Part shown: positions 27,470 through 39,095 of the stretch, piece by piece | Numbering within the stretch: position 1 is the stretch's first letter | Layout of the letters: each line of letters opens with the position of its first letter | Assembly: GCA_964016885.1 (NCBI GenBank) | Contig: OZ024750.1 | Location: 31,992,001 to 32,056,000, forward strand | Direction of reading: 5' to 3' | DNA length: 64,000 nt | Origin: Eledone cirrhosa | Taxonomy: Eukaryota | Program-made: the position numbers and the translations under genes | The notes under the pieces: generated by a model | Database searches by the model: none | Seen by the model: the letters and a program-made list of their open reading frames with translations, nothing else | Told to the model about the DNA's origin: nothing

Positions 27470-27891
27470 TACCTATCTTCCGGCCTCTCTAGAGAATCGT
27501 AAAAGCACATATCGTTATATGCTTTTTCTATGAAAATTAGTAGTGGGCAGACTAATTTGCATAGAGTGTGAGTAAGTACCGGTTCAACGGAGACGATAAA
27601 AACAAATAACGAAACGAAATTAAATTTCGTTTCGTTTGTAACTCACTTTTGTATGACTGACGCTTAAACAATTAAGTTAAAGATGTACATCCATATATGT
27701 ATACTGAAATACTAGTATGTATATGAATACACACACGTATACATATGTAGGTGTACCAAGTTTTTTCACTGGTCACTTTACTGTGAGTGGCCAGCTATTC
27801 TGTATGTAAACACACAGACAAACCGGTTTTTAGAGTCATACTGGTTTTTGAGGAAACACCTCTCCTCTATTTTCCAGAAAGCCAGACAAGG

Positions 27892-27936
27892 AATATTGAA
27901 CTAGTTTCGTTGTTGTTACAACTCATCAGCAATATT
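27892..27936 (-). ncRNA. Type I hammerhead ribozyme
   Basis: Identical core, +467. Confidence 0.9.
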
Positions 27937-28358
27937 TACCTATCTTCCGGCCTCTCTAGAGAATCGTAAAAGCACATATCGTTATATGCTTTTTCTATGA
28001 AAATTAGTAGTGGGCAGACTAATTTGCATAGAGTGTGAGTAAGTACCGGTTCAACGGAGACGATAAAAACAAATAACGAAACGAAATTAAATTTCGTTTC
28101 GTTTGTAACTCACTTTTGTATGACTGACGCTTAAACAATTAAGTTAAAGATGTACATCCATATATGTATACTGAAATACTAGTATGTATATGAATACACA
28201 CACGTATACATATGTAGGTGTACCAAGTTTTTTCACTGGTCACTTTACTGTGAGTGGCCAGCTATTCTGTATGTAAACACACAGACAAACCGGTTTTTAG
28301 AGTCATACTGGTTTTTGAGGAAACACCTCTCCTCTATTCTCCAGAAAGCCAGACAAGG

Positions 28359-28403
28359 AATATTGAACTATTTTCGTTGTTGTTACAACTCATCAGCAAT
28401 ATT
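28359..28403 (-). ncRNA. Type I hammerhead ribozyme, helix III variant (C>A)
   Basis: GAAAATAGTT instead of GAAACTAGTT. Confidence 0.85.
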
Positions 28404-28825
28404 TACCTATCTTCCGGCCTCTCTAGAGAATCGTAAAAGCACATATCGTTATATGCTTTTTCTATGAAAATTAGTAGTGGGCAGACTAATTTGCATAGAG
28501 TGTGAGTAAGTACCGGTTCAACAGAGACGATAAAAACAAATAACGAAACGAAATTAAATTTCGTTTCGTTTGTAACTCACTTTTGTATGACTGACGCTTA
28601 AACAATTAAGTTAAAGATGTACATCCATATATGTATACTGAAATACTAGTATGTATATGAATACACACACGTATACATATGTAGGTGTACCAAGTTTTTT
28701 CACTGGTCACTTTACTGTGAGTGGCCAGCTATTCTGTATGTAAACACACAGACAAACCGGTTTTTAGAGTCATACTGGTTTTTGAGGAAACACCTCTCCT
28801 CTATTCTCCAGAAAGCCAGACAAGG

Positions 28826-28870
28826 AATATTGAACTAGTTTCGTTGTTGTTCCAACTCATCAGCAATATT
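28826..28870 (-). ncRNA. Type I hammerhead ribozyme, helix II top variant
   Basis: GTTGGAACAACAAC helix II. Confidence 0.85.
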
Positions 28871-29175
28871 TACCTATCTTCCGGCCTCTCTAGAGAATCG
28901 TAAAAGCACATATCGTTATATGCTTTTCCTATGAAAATTAGTAGTGGGCAGACTAATTTGCATAGAGTGTGAGTAAGTACCGGTTCAACGGAGACGATAA
29001 AAACAAATAACGAAACGAAATTAAATTTCATTTCGTTATTTGTTTTTATCGTCTCCGTTGAACCGGTACTTACTCACACTCTATGCAAATTAGTCTGCCC
29101 ACTACTAATTTTCATAGAAAAAGCATATAACGATATGTGCTTTTACGATTCTCTAGAGAGGCCGGAAGATAGGTA

Positions 29176-29220
29176 AATATTGCTGATGAGTTGTAACAAC
29201 AACGAAACTAGTTCAATATT
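29176..29220 (+). ncRNA. Type I hammerhead ribozyme
   Basis: AATATTG(29176-82) CTGATGA(29183-89) GTTGTAACAACAAC GAAA(29204-07) CTAG T T(29213) CAATATT. Confidence 0.9.
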
Positions 29221-29642
29221 CCTTGTCTGGCTTTCTGGAGAATAGAGGAGAGGTGTTTCCTCAAAAACCAGTATGACTCTAAAAACCGGTTTGTCTGTGT
29301 GTTTACATACAGAATAGCTGGCCACTCACAGTAAAGTGACCAGTGAAAAAACTTGGTACACCTACATATGTATACGTGTGTGTATTCATATACATACTAG
29401 TATTTCAGTATACATATATGGATGTACATCTTTAACTTAATTGTTTAAGCGTCAGTCATACAAAAGTGAGTTACAAATGAAACGAAATTTAATTTCGTTT
29501 CGTTATTTGTTTTTATCGTCTCTGTTGAACCGGTACTTACTCACACTCTATGCAAATTAGTCTGCCCACTACTAATTTTCATAGAAAAAGCATATAACGA
29601 TATGTGCTTTTACGATTCTCTAGAGAGGCCGGAAGATAGGTA

Positions 29643-29687
29643 AATATTGCTGATGAGTTGTAACAACAACGAAACTAGTTCAATATT
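29643..29687 (+). ncRNA. Type I hammerhead ribozyme
   Basis: Identical core. Confidence 0.9.
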
Positions 29688-30109
29688 CCTTGTCTGGCTT
29701 TCTGGAGAATAGAGGAGAGGTGTTTCCTCAAAAACCAGTATGACTCTAAAAACCGGTTTGTCTGTGTGTTTACATACAGAATAGCTGGCCACTCACAGTA
29801 AAGTGACCAGTGAAAAAACTTGGTACACCTACATATGTATACGTGTGTGTATTCATATACATACTAGTATTTCAGTATACATATATGGATGTACATCTTT
29901 AACTTAATTGTTTAAGCGTCAGTCATACAAAAGTGAGTTACAAACGAAACGAAATTTAATTTCGTTTCGTTATTTGTTTTTATCGTCTCCGTTGAACCGG
30001 TACTTACTCACACTCTATGCAAATTAGTCTGCCCACTACTAATTTTCATAGAAAAAGCATATAACGATATGTGCTTTTACGATTCTCTAGAGAGGCCGGA
30101 AGATAGGTA

Positions 30110-30154
30110 AATATTGCTGATGAGTTGTAACAACAACGAAAATAGTTCAATATT
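30110..30154 (+). ncRNA. Type I hammerhead ribozyme, helix III variant (C>A)
   Basis: GAAAATAGTT at 30138-30147. Confidence 0.85.
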
Positions 30155-30576
30155 CCTTGTCTGGCTTTCTGGAGAATAGAGGAGAGGTGTTTCCTCAAAA
30201 ACCAGTATGACTCTAAAAACCGGTTTGTCTGTGTGTTTACATACAGAATAGCTGGCCACTCACAGTAAAGTGACCAGTGAAAAAACTTGGTACACCTACA
30301 TATGTATACGTGTGTGTATTCATATACATACTAGTATTTCAGTATACATATATGGATGTACATCTTTAACTTAATTGTTTAAGCGTCAGTCATACAAAAG
30401 TGAGTTACAAACGAAACGAAATTTAATTTCGTTTCGTTATTTGTTTTTATCGTCTCCGTTGAACCGGTACTTACTCACACTCTATGCAAATTAGTCTGCC
30501 CACTACTAATTTTCATAGAAAAAGCATATAACGATATGTGCTTTTACGATTCTCTAGAGAGGCCGGAAGATAGGTA

Positions 30577-30621
30577 AATATTGCTGATGAGTTGTAACAA
30601 CAACGAAACTAGTTCAATATT
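30577..30621 (+). ncRNA. Type I hammerhead ribozyme
   Basis: Identical core. Confidence 0.9.
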
Positions 30622-31043
30622 CCTTGTCTGGCTTTCTGGAGAATAGAGGAGAGGTGTTTCCTCAAAAACCAGTATGACTCTAAAAACCGGTTTGTCTGTG
30701 TGTTTACATACAGAATAGCTGGCCACTCACAGTAAAGTGACCAGTGAACAAACTTGGTACACCTACATATGTATACGTGTGTGTATTCATATACATACTA
30801 GTATTTCAGTATACATATATGGATGTACATCTTTAACTTAATTGTTTAAGCGTCAGTCATACAAAAGTGAGTTACAAACGAAACGAAATTTAGTTTCGTT
30901 TCGTTATTTGTTTTTATCGTCTCCGTTGAACCGGTACTTACTCACACTCTATGCAAATTAGTCTGCCCACTACTAATTTTCATAGAAAAAGCATATAACG
31001 ATATGTGCTTTTACGATTCTCTAGAGAGGCCGGAAGATAGGTA

Positions 31044-31088
31044 AATATTGCTGATGAGTTGGAACAACAACGAAACTAGTTCAATATT
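31044..31088 (+). ncRNA. Type I hammerhead ribozyme; helix II variant and 8-nt deletion just downstream
   Basis: GTTGGAACAACAAC; TTGTCTGG[CTTTCTGG]AGAAT deletion. Confidence 0.85.
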
Positions 31089-31296
31089 CCTTGTCTGGAG
31101 AATAGAGGGGAGGTGTTTCCTCAAAAACCAGTATGACTCTAAAAACCGGTTTGTCTGTGTGTTTACATACAGAATAGCTGGCCACTCACAGTAAAGTGAC
31201 CAGTGAAAAAACTTGGTACACCTACATATGTATACGTGTGTGTATTCATATACATACTAGTATTTCAGTATACATATATGGATGTACATCTTTAAC

Positions 31297-31373
<77 letters not shown>

Positions 31374-32011
31374 TTAAAACAATGAAATAAAAATTCATGT
31401 CATTAGAGATATACTTCACTGCTTTACGATCGTTTCTAGATGGTGATCATACATTGTATCTATACTCAGTTATTGATCTATGTAAGTCTACAAACTATCA
31501 GATAGAGAGAAATAGATTTCACCAATTAATCGATTGGTAAAGGGCAGTAGCCAGATCCTGGATTTTCAACAAGGAAGAGGTTCAACCATCTGTGTTTACG
31601 CATCAAATTTAAATCAGCGACTGGCTAGCAACACGGGCTGTATCTACTAAAAATACACACATCATACCAGCTTCGTCCCAGTGGCATGAATAGGGTTATC
31701 GACAACTAGAAACAGCAGTCAAGTCCTTTCAACTGAGTTAGCTCTACAATTAAGGGGCCGTATTTATATATATATCCCAAATTAAGATAAATTAAATTAA
31801 GGTGTCATGCCAGATAGACATGCGCCATATCACCCGTAAAATATGCTCCAAGATTCTAATGAATAGATCCGAGCAATTTATAAGGTATCTATTTTTGAAG
31901 TTCTAGTTAAACCTTATTTAGTTACCTACCTAGCTGTGTGTGCTTACACACTTTTACAAATTATCCCCTGTCATTGTTTCATATGTTTATTTATGTCAAT
32001 CAATCTCTAGT

Positions 32012-32056
<45 letters not shown>

Positions 32057-32059
32057 CTA

Positions 32060-32171
<112 letters not shown>

Positions 32172-32709
32172 CTCAAATTCTTTGGTAAACACGTTATGCA
32201 TATTACCTCTTATCCACGTATAGATGGTAATGTATTTTTTATCGTCTGTTTCCGTTTCCAAGAAGAAAAGAAAGATGATACGTACAGTGTTTTTTGTCAT
32301 TATACATTATCTGATTATCAACGATCTTCAGTAACAGAGGCATGCATTATAAACAGGTGATACAATAATTACGTAATCGTATATGTACATGGTGTATTTT
32401 ATTATTTATGTAACGTCTGAGAGAATTAAAAAAGTGTAATTAATTTCATTTGTGCAATATAAAATTCGATTAAATAAGCGAACCATGCTCAAACGTTACG
32501 TTAACTTCACCAACATTAATTTTAAATCATTGTCTGCTATTTATTTAGTTAGAATAGATTTATATATATATATATATTCGAACTATATATATATATATAT
32601 AATATATAACATAGTGTTAAGTATTATACATGCTGCCAGAAATGGAATATGATAATTTTCGATATTCGATCAGAAAAACCTCTTCGTGGATCAGGTAAAC
32701 CTCAATGAA

Positions 32710-33290
32710 TTCTTCTGCTTCTTCTCCTTCTCCTTCTCCTTCTTCTTCTTCTTCGCCTACTTGTTCCTGTGAGAGTCATGGAGGCAGACAGCACAGGCAT
32801 GCCTTTCAGCGGTTCCTGTCAGAAGTCATCCGGGTGGTTTTAACAGTAATGTCCTCCTGCCGTTCGTTGATGAGACATTCTAAATATATATCCATTGTAT
32901 CGCAGCTGTGATCTCTCCTTTCGGAGAAGTAGTGATTCTTCCTGGAGCGACTCTCTGCTCTCCCGGCTACACAATTTATCGAGTAACGTTTCTGCAAAGA
33001 TCCTAAGGAGAAACACCATTTCGGCCGCTTGTATTTCCGATAGTATTATTTCGGATATTACCCAAGATTGATGACGATATGTAAGAGGTGGCACAAACAT
33101 CTAATTGAAGATAGCGACTTTGGCTTTTACATCTAATTCCATTCTTCTGGTGATTTAATATTAAAGCTGGTGCTTTAGTGCTTCAGCTTCTCCGATTCTT
33201 GCACTTAATTCCGTCTTCTGCCTTCTTTCCCTCGTGAACAGGACCCTGCGATTCTTGAACATCTCCACCTGTATTCCTGCTCTGCATCAT
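32710..33290 (-). mobile_element. Degraded RTE-clade LINE 3' end with (GAA)n tail
   Basis: LTY..W..IQAAEMVFLLRI..RSQLRYNGYIFRM peptide; minus-strand tail GTAGGCGAAGAAGAAGAAGG. Confidence 0.7.
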
Positions 33291-33487
33291 TGGGTAGCAA
33301 ATCCATGAAGTGCATATTGCAGATCAACACTTGACAAATTAACATAAACACATTCCTTAAGTGCTATAGAACATGCTTGCTCATATATAGTAATAAAGGT
33401 GAGTTTCTTCAAAGAAGGTGGCTTATATTTTATTATTTTGCGTGAGGAAGCGATTCATAAGAAATGTGATCGTCTGGCTTTCCTCAG

Positions 33488-34077
33488 TGATAATGGTTTC
33501 TGATACAGGCACCGAGCCAACAATTTGGGAGGAGGGAAAGTCGATTAAATCGACCCCGATGCATTATTGGTACTTTATTTCATCGACCCCGTAAGGATGA
33601 AAGTCAAAGCTAACCTTGGCGGGATTTGATCTCAGATTATAAAGGGGTGTAACTCTATGCTGCAAAGCATGGTGTCCAACGCTCTACCTCTTTCCTCAGT
33701 AATAATAACTGCGTTAGAGAAATGAAATAGAGATGCAGTTGTAGTTACCAGGGGTTTGATATATAGTTTCCCTAAATGTGTTAATATGATGGATTAAATG
33801 CAAAGACCACCTCGGTTGAGCATCAATTGGAGGTGAAAGTAGATATAACTCATCTAAACCAATCTACTGTTTCTGCAAATTCAACACATCGAACTCTATG
33901 TTTAATAATTGTTTCTACTTTAGGCACACGGCCAGCAAATTATCCAGTACATTACTGGTATTTTATTTTATCGACCCCGTAAGGATGAAAGGCAAAGTTA
34001 ACCTCAGCGGGATTTGAACTCAAACCGTAAAGGGACGTAACTATGCTAGAAAGCATGGCGTCCAACGCTCTACCGAT
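33488..34077 (-). mobile_element. Two SINE family A copies (33488-33690, 33904-34077)
   Basis: Same core. Confidence 0.8.
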
Positions 34078-34492
34078 ATGTTTAATAATATTCCTTTCCA
34101 GCATTGCTACAGAGATTCACATCTTGTGAATTAGGTATCGGAACGTTGAATGTTGTTTATGTTACGAGAATTCATGATTACAAAACGTTGCAAGATGAAC
34201 AATTCTAAACTCATAAATTAAAACCAGATCAAGCCATATAATAATTCAGCATAAGAAGTTCAAATTTGAATAGGATATCCCTACATAATAGACGAAAAAG
34301 CTGGCACCATCAACATGATACGCAAGAAGTTGACATAACATAACAGTTGACTCCATTCATATTCAGTGAACATCAATTCATCAGCTTTCATACAAACATC
34401 TTTTTTTTGTCTTTCAATGTTGCCTGATTGAATGACGTGAAATGATGTGAAATGCTGAATGCTTAGTAGCAGGGACGGATAGCATCACCACA

Positions 34493-34569
<77 letters not shown>

Positions 34570-34601
34570 TCACCCTCTCTCTCTCTCTCTCTCTCTCTCT
34601 G

Positions 34602-34633
<32 letters not shown>

Positions 34634-35814
34634 TACCTCCCTTCCTCCCTCTCACTTTCACTCACCCTCTCTCTGCCTTCCACCTTATTGTTACCCCTCG
34701 CCTGACCTTCTAGCAGTCCTTTTCTCACGTTGCATTCGCTTGGGTCAGTCGTGTATTTTTCGTTCGACCACACGCTCTTCAACTTAAGTTCTGTTACCGC
34801 TGTGGTCTTGGATTCTCTTATCTTCAGTTGCTGCACATTTTTAGGTTGTTGTTATTTTCGCTGTTTTCCCTTTTCTTCCCTTTTCCCCTTTTCCCTTCTC
34901 TTTTCCGTCTCTCCTTCCTCCGTTTTCCCAATAACTTACCCACTTATTGAATGCTCTGGGGGTAGATATCTTGTCTTTAAAGCGTTGAAATATCCGAGAC
35001 CCCAGTAGACAACTGATGAGCCCCCCACCCACCACCCTTTCTTACTTTCTTCTTATTCTCGCGCCATTTTTAAGAGTAATTTAACTAGCAACTAGACAGC
35101 CATCCTATTCTCCATACACACACACACACGCACACACACACACACACACATACACACACCATACACGCACACACATATATATATATATTAGTAACATAAG
35201 AAAAACAGTAAAAAAGGCTAAAGAGATTTTCTCATAGAATAATAGCAAAAGGTTTATATACAAAAAAGGAATTTATCGTACCGGTTTCAGCCAAAGTTTG
35301 TTAGGTTTTTTCATGCTACAGGAAATGTGATTGGAAGTGTATAATAAAATGTATAAGGTGTAAATTAATAATAACATGGTACAAGAGGACATGGTTTACA
35401 TACATATAAATGAGTTCACCTATTCGTTTTGCGCTTACTACTCCGTAGAGGATTGATATAGAAGTCGTTTGTTGCCTGTTAATGCCTGACTGGTGTTACC
35501 TATAACTACAGTAGTGGTAGTAGCAGAGAGGAAGGGGGAAGAAGAAGAAGGGTGGGGTTAGTAATAATAAGGAGGTTGTGGCAGAGAAGGAAGGGAAAGG
35601 CGAAGGAGGGGTAGGTGAAGCAGGAGACGACGGGGTGGTGTGGTAATAATAGTATCACTATTTAAATGCATCCACCACAAACAAAGCTGTAAAAAGAAGC
35701 CAACATTTACACCAATGGACAGATTGAGAAAGACAGTTTTTCCTACAGAAATACTAAGAAAGATAGATATCTTTCGAAACAATCAGACTTCAGGTCAATT
35801 TTTAACACCAATGG

Positions 35815-35862
<48 letters not shown>

Positions 35863-36024
35863 GTGTGTGTGTGTATGTGTCTTCTGATGAAGGACTGACG
35901 TCCACTGTCCAAACGGCTCGAGCACTTTCCCTAGCAAATAAGCGTTGAAATATAATTCTTTTCACTGTAACGAATTGTTTTGCTGTAGCATTTTCCGTTT
36001 CATTTCGCACATATATTTACACAC

Positions 36025-36062
<38 letters not shown>

Positions 36063-36255
36063 AGTGGGTGTAAACTCTGACTTTACCACATAGCATGTAT
36101 TTCATTTTCTTATAGCATTTTAAGAGGGTCCGTCGAGCTGCCGATTATTGAGTCGGGTAGGATCGATATAGATCGAACCTTGAGCTTATCAGTGGTGAAA
36201 CGCGCGTCACCTATCAATAAATGCAATGAAGGAATAATCAATCGTCCTTTTTATC

Positions 36256-36315
<60 letters not shown>

Positions 36316-37444
36316 TTATATATCAGGACGGATGGTTACCATGGGCACTTAACTTCTGGTGTTATTAAAATATATAAATATATATGTAATTCAGGCCCCA
36401 TTATATGTGTACTGCCAATTATAAAATGTGTTGTTCACTATATAGTATATGTTTGAGAAAGCTAATTGCTTCCTTCCGTAAAATAATTTTAAGGACTGAA
36501 TATTATGACTTAAGGTAATGTAGATTGAAATAAAATGCACATAATTATATCACATCGTATTTCAACGTCAGCCTAAAATAGAATTTCCAAGCAAATTTAT
36601 ATTTCAATAGCTACTTTATATTTTACTATTTTAGGGATTTACCAATATTATAATGTTTATATTGTGCATTATATGAGGTACGAAATAGAAGCAATCTCTC
36701 CGGTAATTACTCTATATATCTCTCATGTATGCGCCTGCTGTCTTACCGTATCTTTAATCCGTTTTTTTTTTATTTGTCTCATTCCTACACACTGACCTTC
36801 ATTTTCTTCTCCTTCTCTGAAACGTCCAAACATATACATATATGTATATGTAAACATTTATATGTGGGTGTAAAGTCTGACGCAGACAATTATATCATTA
36901 CAAAAACAAGCTGGAACCTCCAACAGATGTCGAAGAATGACGTCAGAATTGGTTTCCAACTAGGCTTACTTCAACTGATTAATAGAATTAGGTGTGCCTA
37001 ACCTACGCATTTCAATACACACGACAAAAATGGTTTCCATCGTTACGGTATTTCAATGTCAAATTTAAAAATAGGAAGATACATTAAAGTGGTTATTATA
37101 AGTAACTGGAATAACTCACAACTCTAAGCCGTGATTAAAGCTTACAATTTCATTACGAAACCATACAATTGAAGAATATATTTAATTACTATATACTACT
37201 TCGTAATTTACAATCTATTTTAATACTGCAGATGAAATGTTAGTTGTCTATTTTAAATACATGGTTGTGTAAGTTCTAACCCATAGCATAGAAGCTAGCT
37301 TCACTGTACCTTAATCATTGTTGCCATGAGAACATAGTAATGTATCTATTTATTATATGTCAATAGTCAGCAGAACAATTAAGTTCTATATATGTGTATG
37401 AATATATACATATATACATATATGTGTGTGTTTATATATATATA

Positions 37445-37975
37445 TTGTTATGCTTTGGGAGGGTCATGTTGCCAATAAGAAATACACGCACCAGTTGCTT
37501 TCACTTCAATTTATTATAAATTAAATTTATAAATTTCCGGTTGGTTGGTTGGTTGGTTCCACAACCGGACGGTTGTTCATATATTGTCAAAGTTCTTTCG
37601 TCACACATTCTATGACCTCTTCAGTGACTGGGATTCTTTTCTCTGTTTTTGTGCCTCTCCTTTGTTCTGTCCTACGCCATCTTGTTTTTGTGTGTGTTGT
37701 GTGCTTAGTTTGCGCATGTGTTACATCCGGGTCTCTGTGTGTGTTTATATTTGTTTATTTATTTTTTTATTTACATGTTACTGGTTGGTTGTTTGTTCTA
37801 TGTGTGTGTTTTCATTTTGTCCTTAATTGTAAGTTGTGATGTTGCTATTCGATTCATGTTTTCTATTTAATTTTGGTTGGAGTACATTTATGTTTATTGC
37901 CTCTGTGATTTGTCTAAACATTGCGTCTTTTCTATGTGTAGATTCTATTTTTATTTCAATCACAATGTTATCAAG
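37445..37975 (-). mobile_element. Penelope-like element 3' end: GIY-YIG C-terminus plus terminal repeat with HHR
   Basis: Minus strand ~37972-37849 translates DNIVIEIKIESTHRKDAMFRQITEAININVLQPKLNRKHE (RQI.EA..I...P.LN.K.E motif), followed by an HHR and the shared terminal repeat. Confidence 0.75.
37586..37628 (-). ncRNA. Minimal PLE-associated HHR motif
   Basis: GTCA-CTGAAGA-G-GTCATA(GAATG)TGTGAC-GAAA-GAAC-T-T-TGAC. Confidence 0.6.
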
Positions 37976-38859
37976 GAACTAGAAAATAAATTTTTTGTCT
38001 CTGCTTTACACATTATCTAATATTTACATCGATACCTTGTAGTTTCTTTCATTCCTAGATTGTAGTGGGAAATATTCTTTCGGTTAGTTGGAACTGCAAA
38101 CACATATGGTTAATAAGAACTGCAAATGCAGCCGAGTATTCAATCTCTCACAGTTTCCTATGTAAGCAATGTACCTAGCGTACATTAAATTATTTCTTCG
38201 TTACATGCCAATACGAGATGACGTCTTAATATCGATCTGTAGAAAATGGAGAGATGTTTTAATACATGTCTTGTGTACACTGCAGATAAACCATTTGTTG
38301 GATGTCTATGAATCATACGACTTTCAATGACATACATTATGTCAGCTCTTCAACGTATAATTTCAATTTTAGATTATAATTATAACATTTCTATCATTAA
38401 TAGATAAATGACTGGTGTCTCTAAAAAGCTATATACGAACGCGCTTAAGTGATGTTCTATGGATTATTCCTAGTATCTACAATTATCACCGTGTAGATAC
38501 TACAGAATGAAGGGAAACCATATCATTTATATCATTACTGTATGAAATTGTTACGTTGATATGTCATGTGGATCTTTAATCAATCAATTCATTGAGCTAC
38601 AATTATCTCGTTCTTTCTATGTTGATGGAAGAGAAAACTAATCGTTTACATTATATAAAGAGTAGATCTCTAAAGATTTAAATATGGAAATCATTGTTTA
38701 AAGATTATATCAAAACCTCACTATATTCCAAATATAATTCCACCAACGTGGCGGCGTAAACCATTTTGCTCAAACTGTTACTGTCTTTGGAAAGAAACAG
38801 CAGCATGGTTGGTATGTCACCATAACCATAAAACTAAAAACTCAAATGGATTAAAATGG

Positions 38860-39095
38860 AGTAACTTAATGGTTAATGAGTTTGGCTTATGATGATAAGC
38901 TCTCATGATTGATTTTCTGTGGTGTGTTGTGTCCTTGAGGAAAGCACTTCGTTTAATGTTGCTGCAGAGAAATTAGCTGAAACAAAATGAAATGCATGTG
39001 TAATCGAAATGGCCATCCTCCCCTATCATGTTAACTTAACACGAAGGCTATTTCATTGACTGAATATCTGAAATACTCGTTGTCGGAGCGAACGT
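38860..39095 (+). mobile_element. Degraded SINE family B
   Basis: TGTTGTGTCCTTGAGGAAAGCACTTCGTTT..GTTGCT core. Confidence 0.5.

Larger units (their letters stand above)
27129..31302. mobile_element. Tandem array of a 467-bp HHR-containing monomer (non-LTR retrozyme-like): ~4 units, inversion at ~29023, then ~5 units
   Basis: Exact 467-bp periodicity (27131, 27598, ...); strand switch at the centre; nine HHRs; (TA)n on both flanks. Confidence 0.95.

Noticed and set aside
27320-30726. Repeated 60-aa ORF MASYSVCKHTDKP.. in each monomer
   Set aside because: GTG start, antisense to the HHR, and frameshifted in the second array; a by-product of the repeat
27129-31302. CRISPR-like array
   Set aside because: Whole units are identical with no unique spacers; eukaryotic context with no cas genes
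35270-35295. Minus-strand GAAACCGGTA half-site
   Set aside because: No matching CUGANGA or helix I found upstream
35876-35925. HHR-like CTGATGAAGGAC..GTCCAAACGGCTC
   Set aside because: Lacks the G of GAAA and has no convincing helix I or III; at most a dead relic
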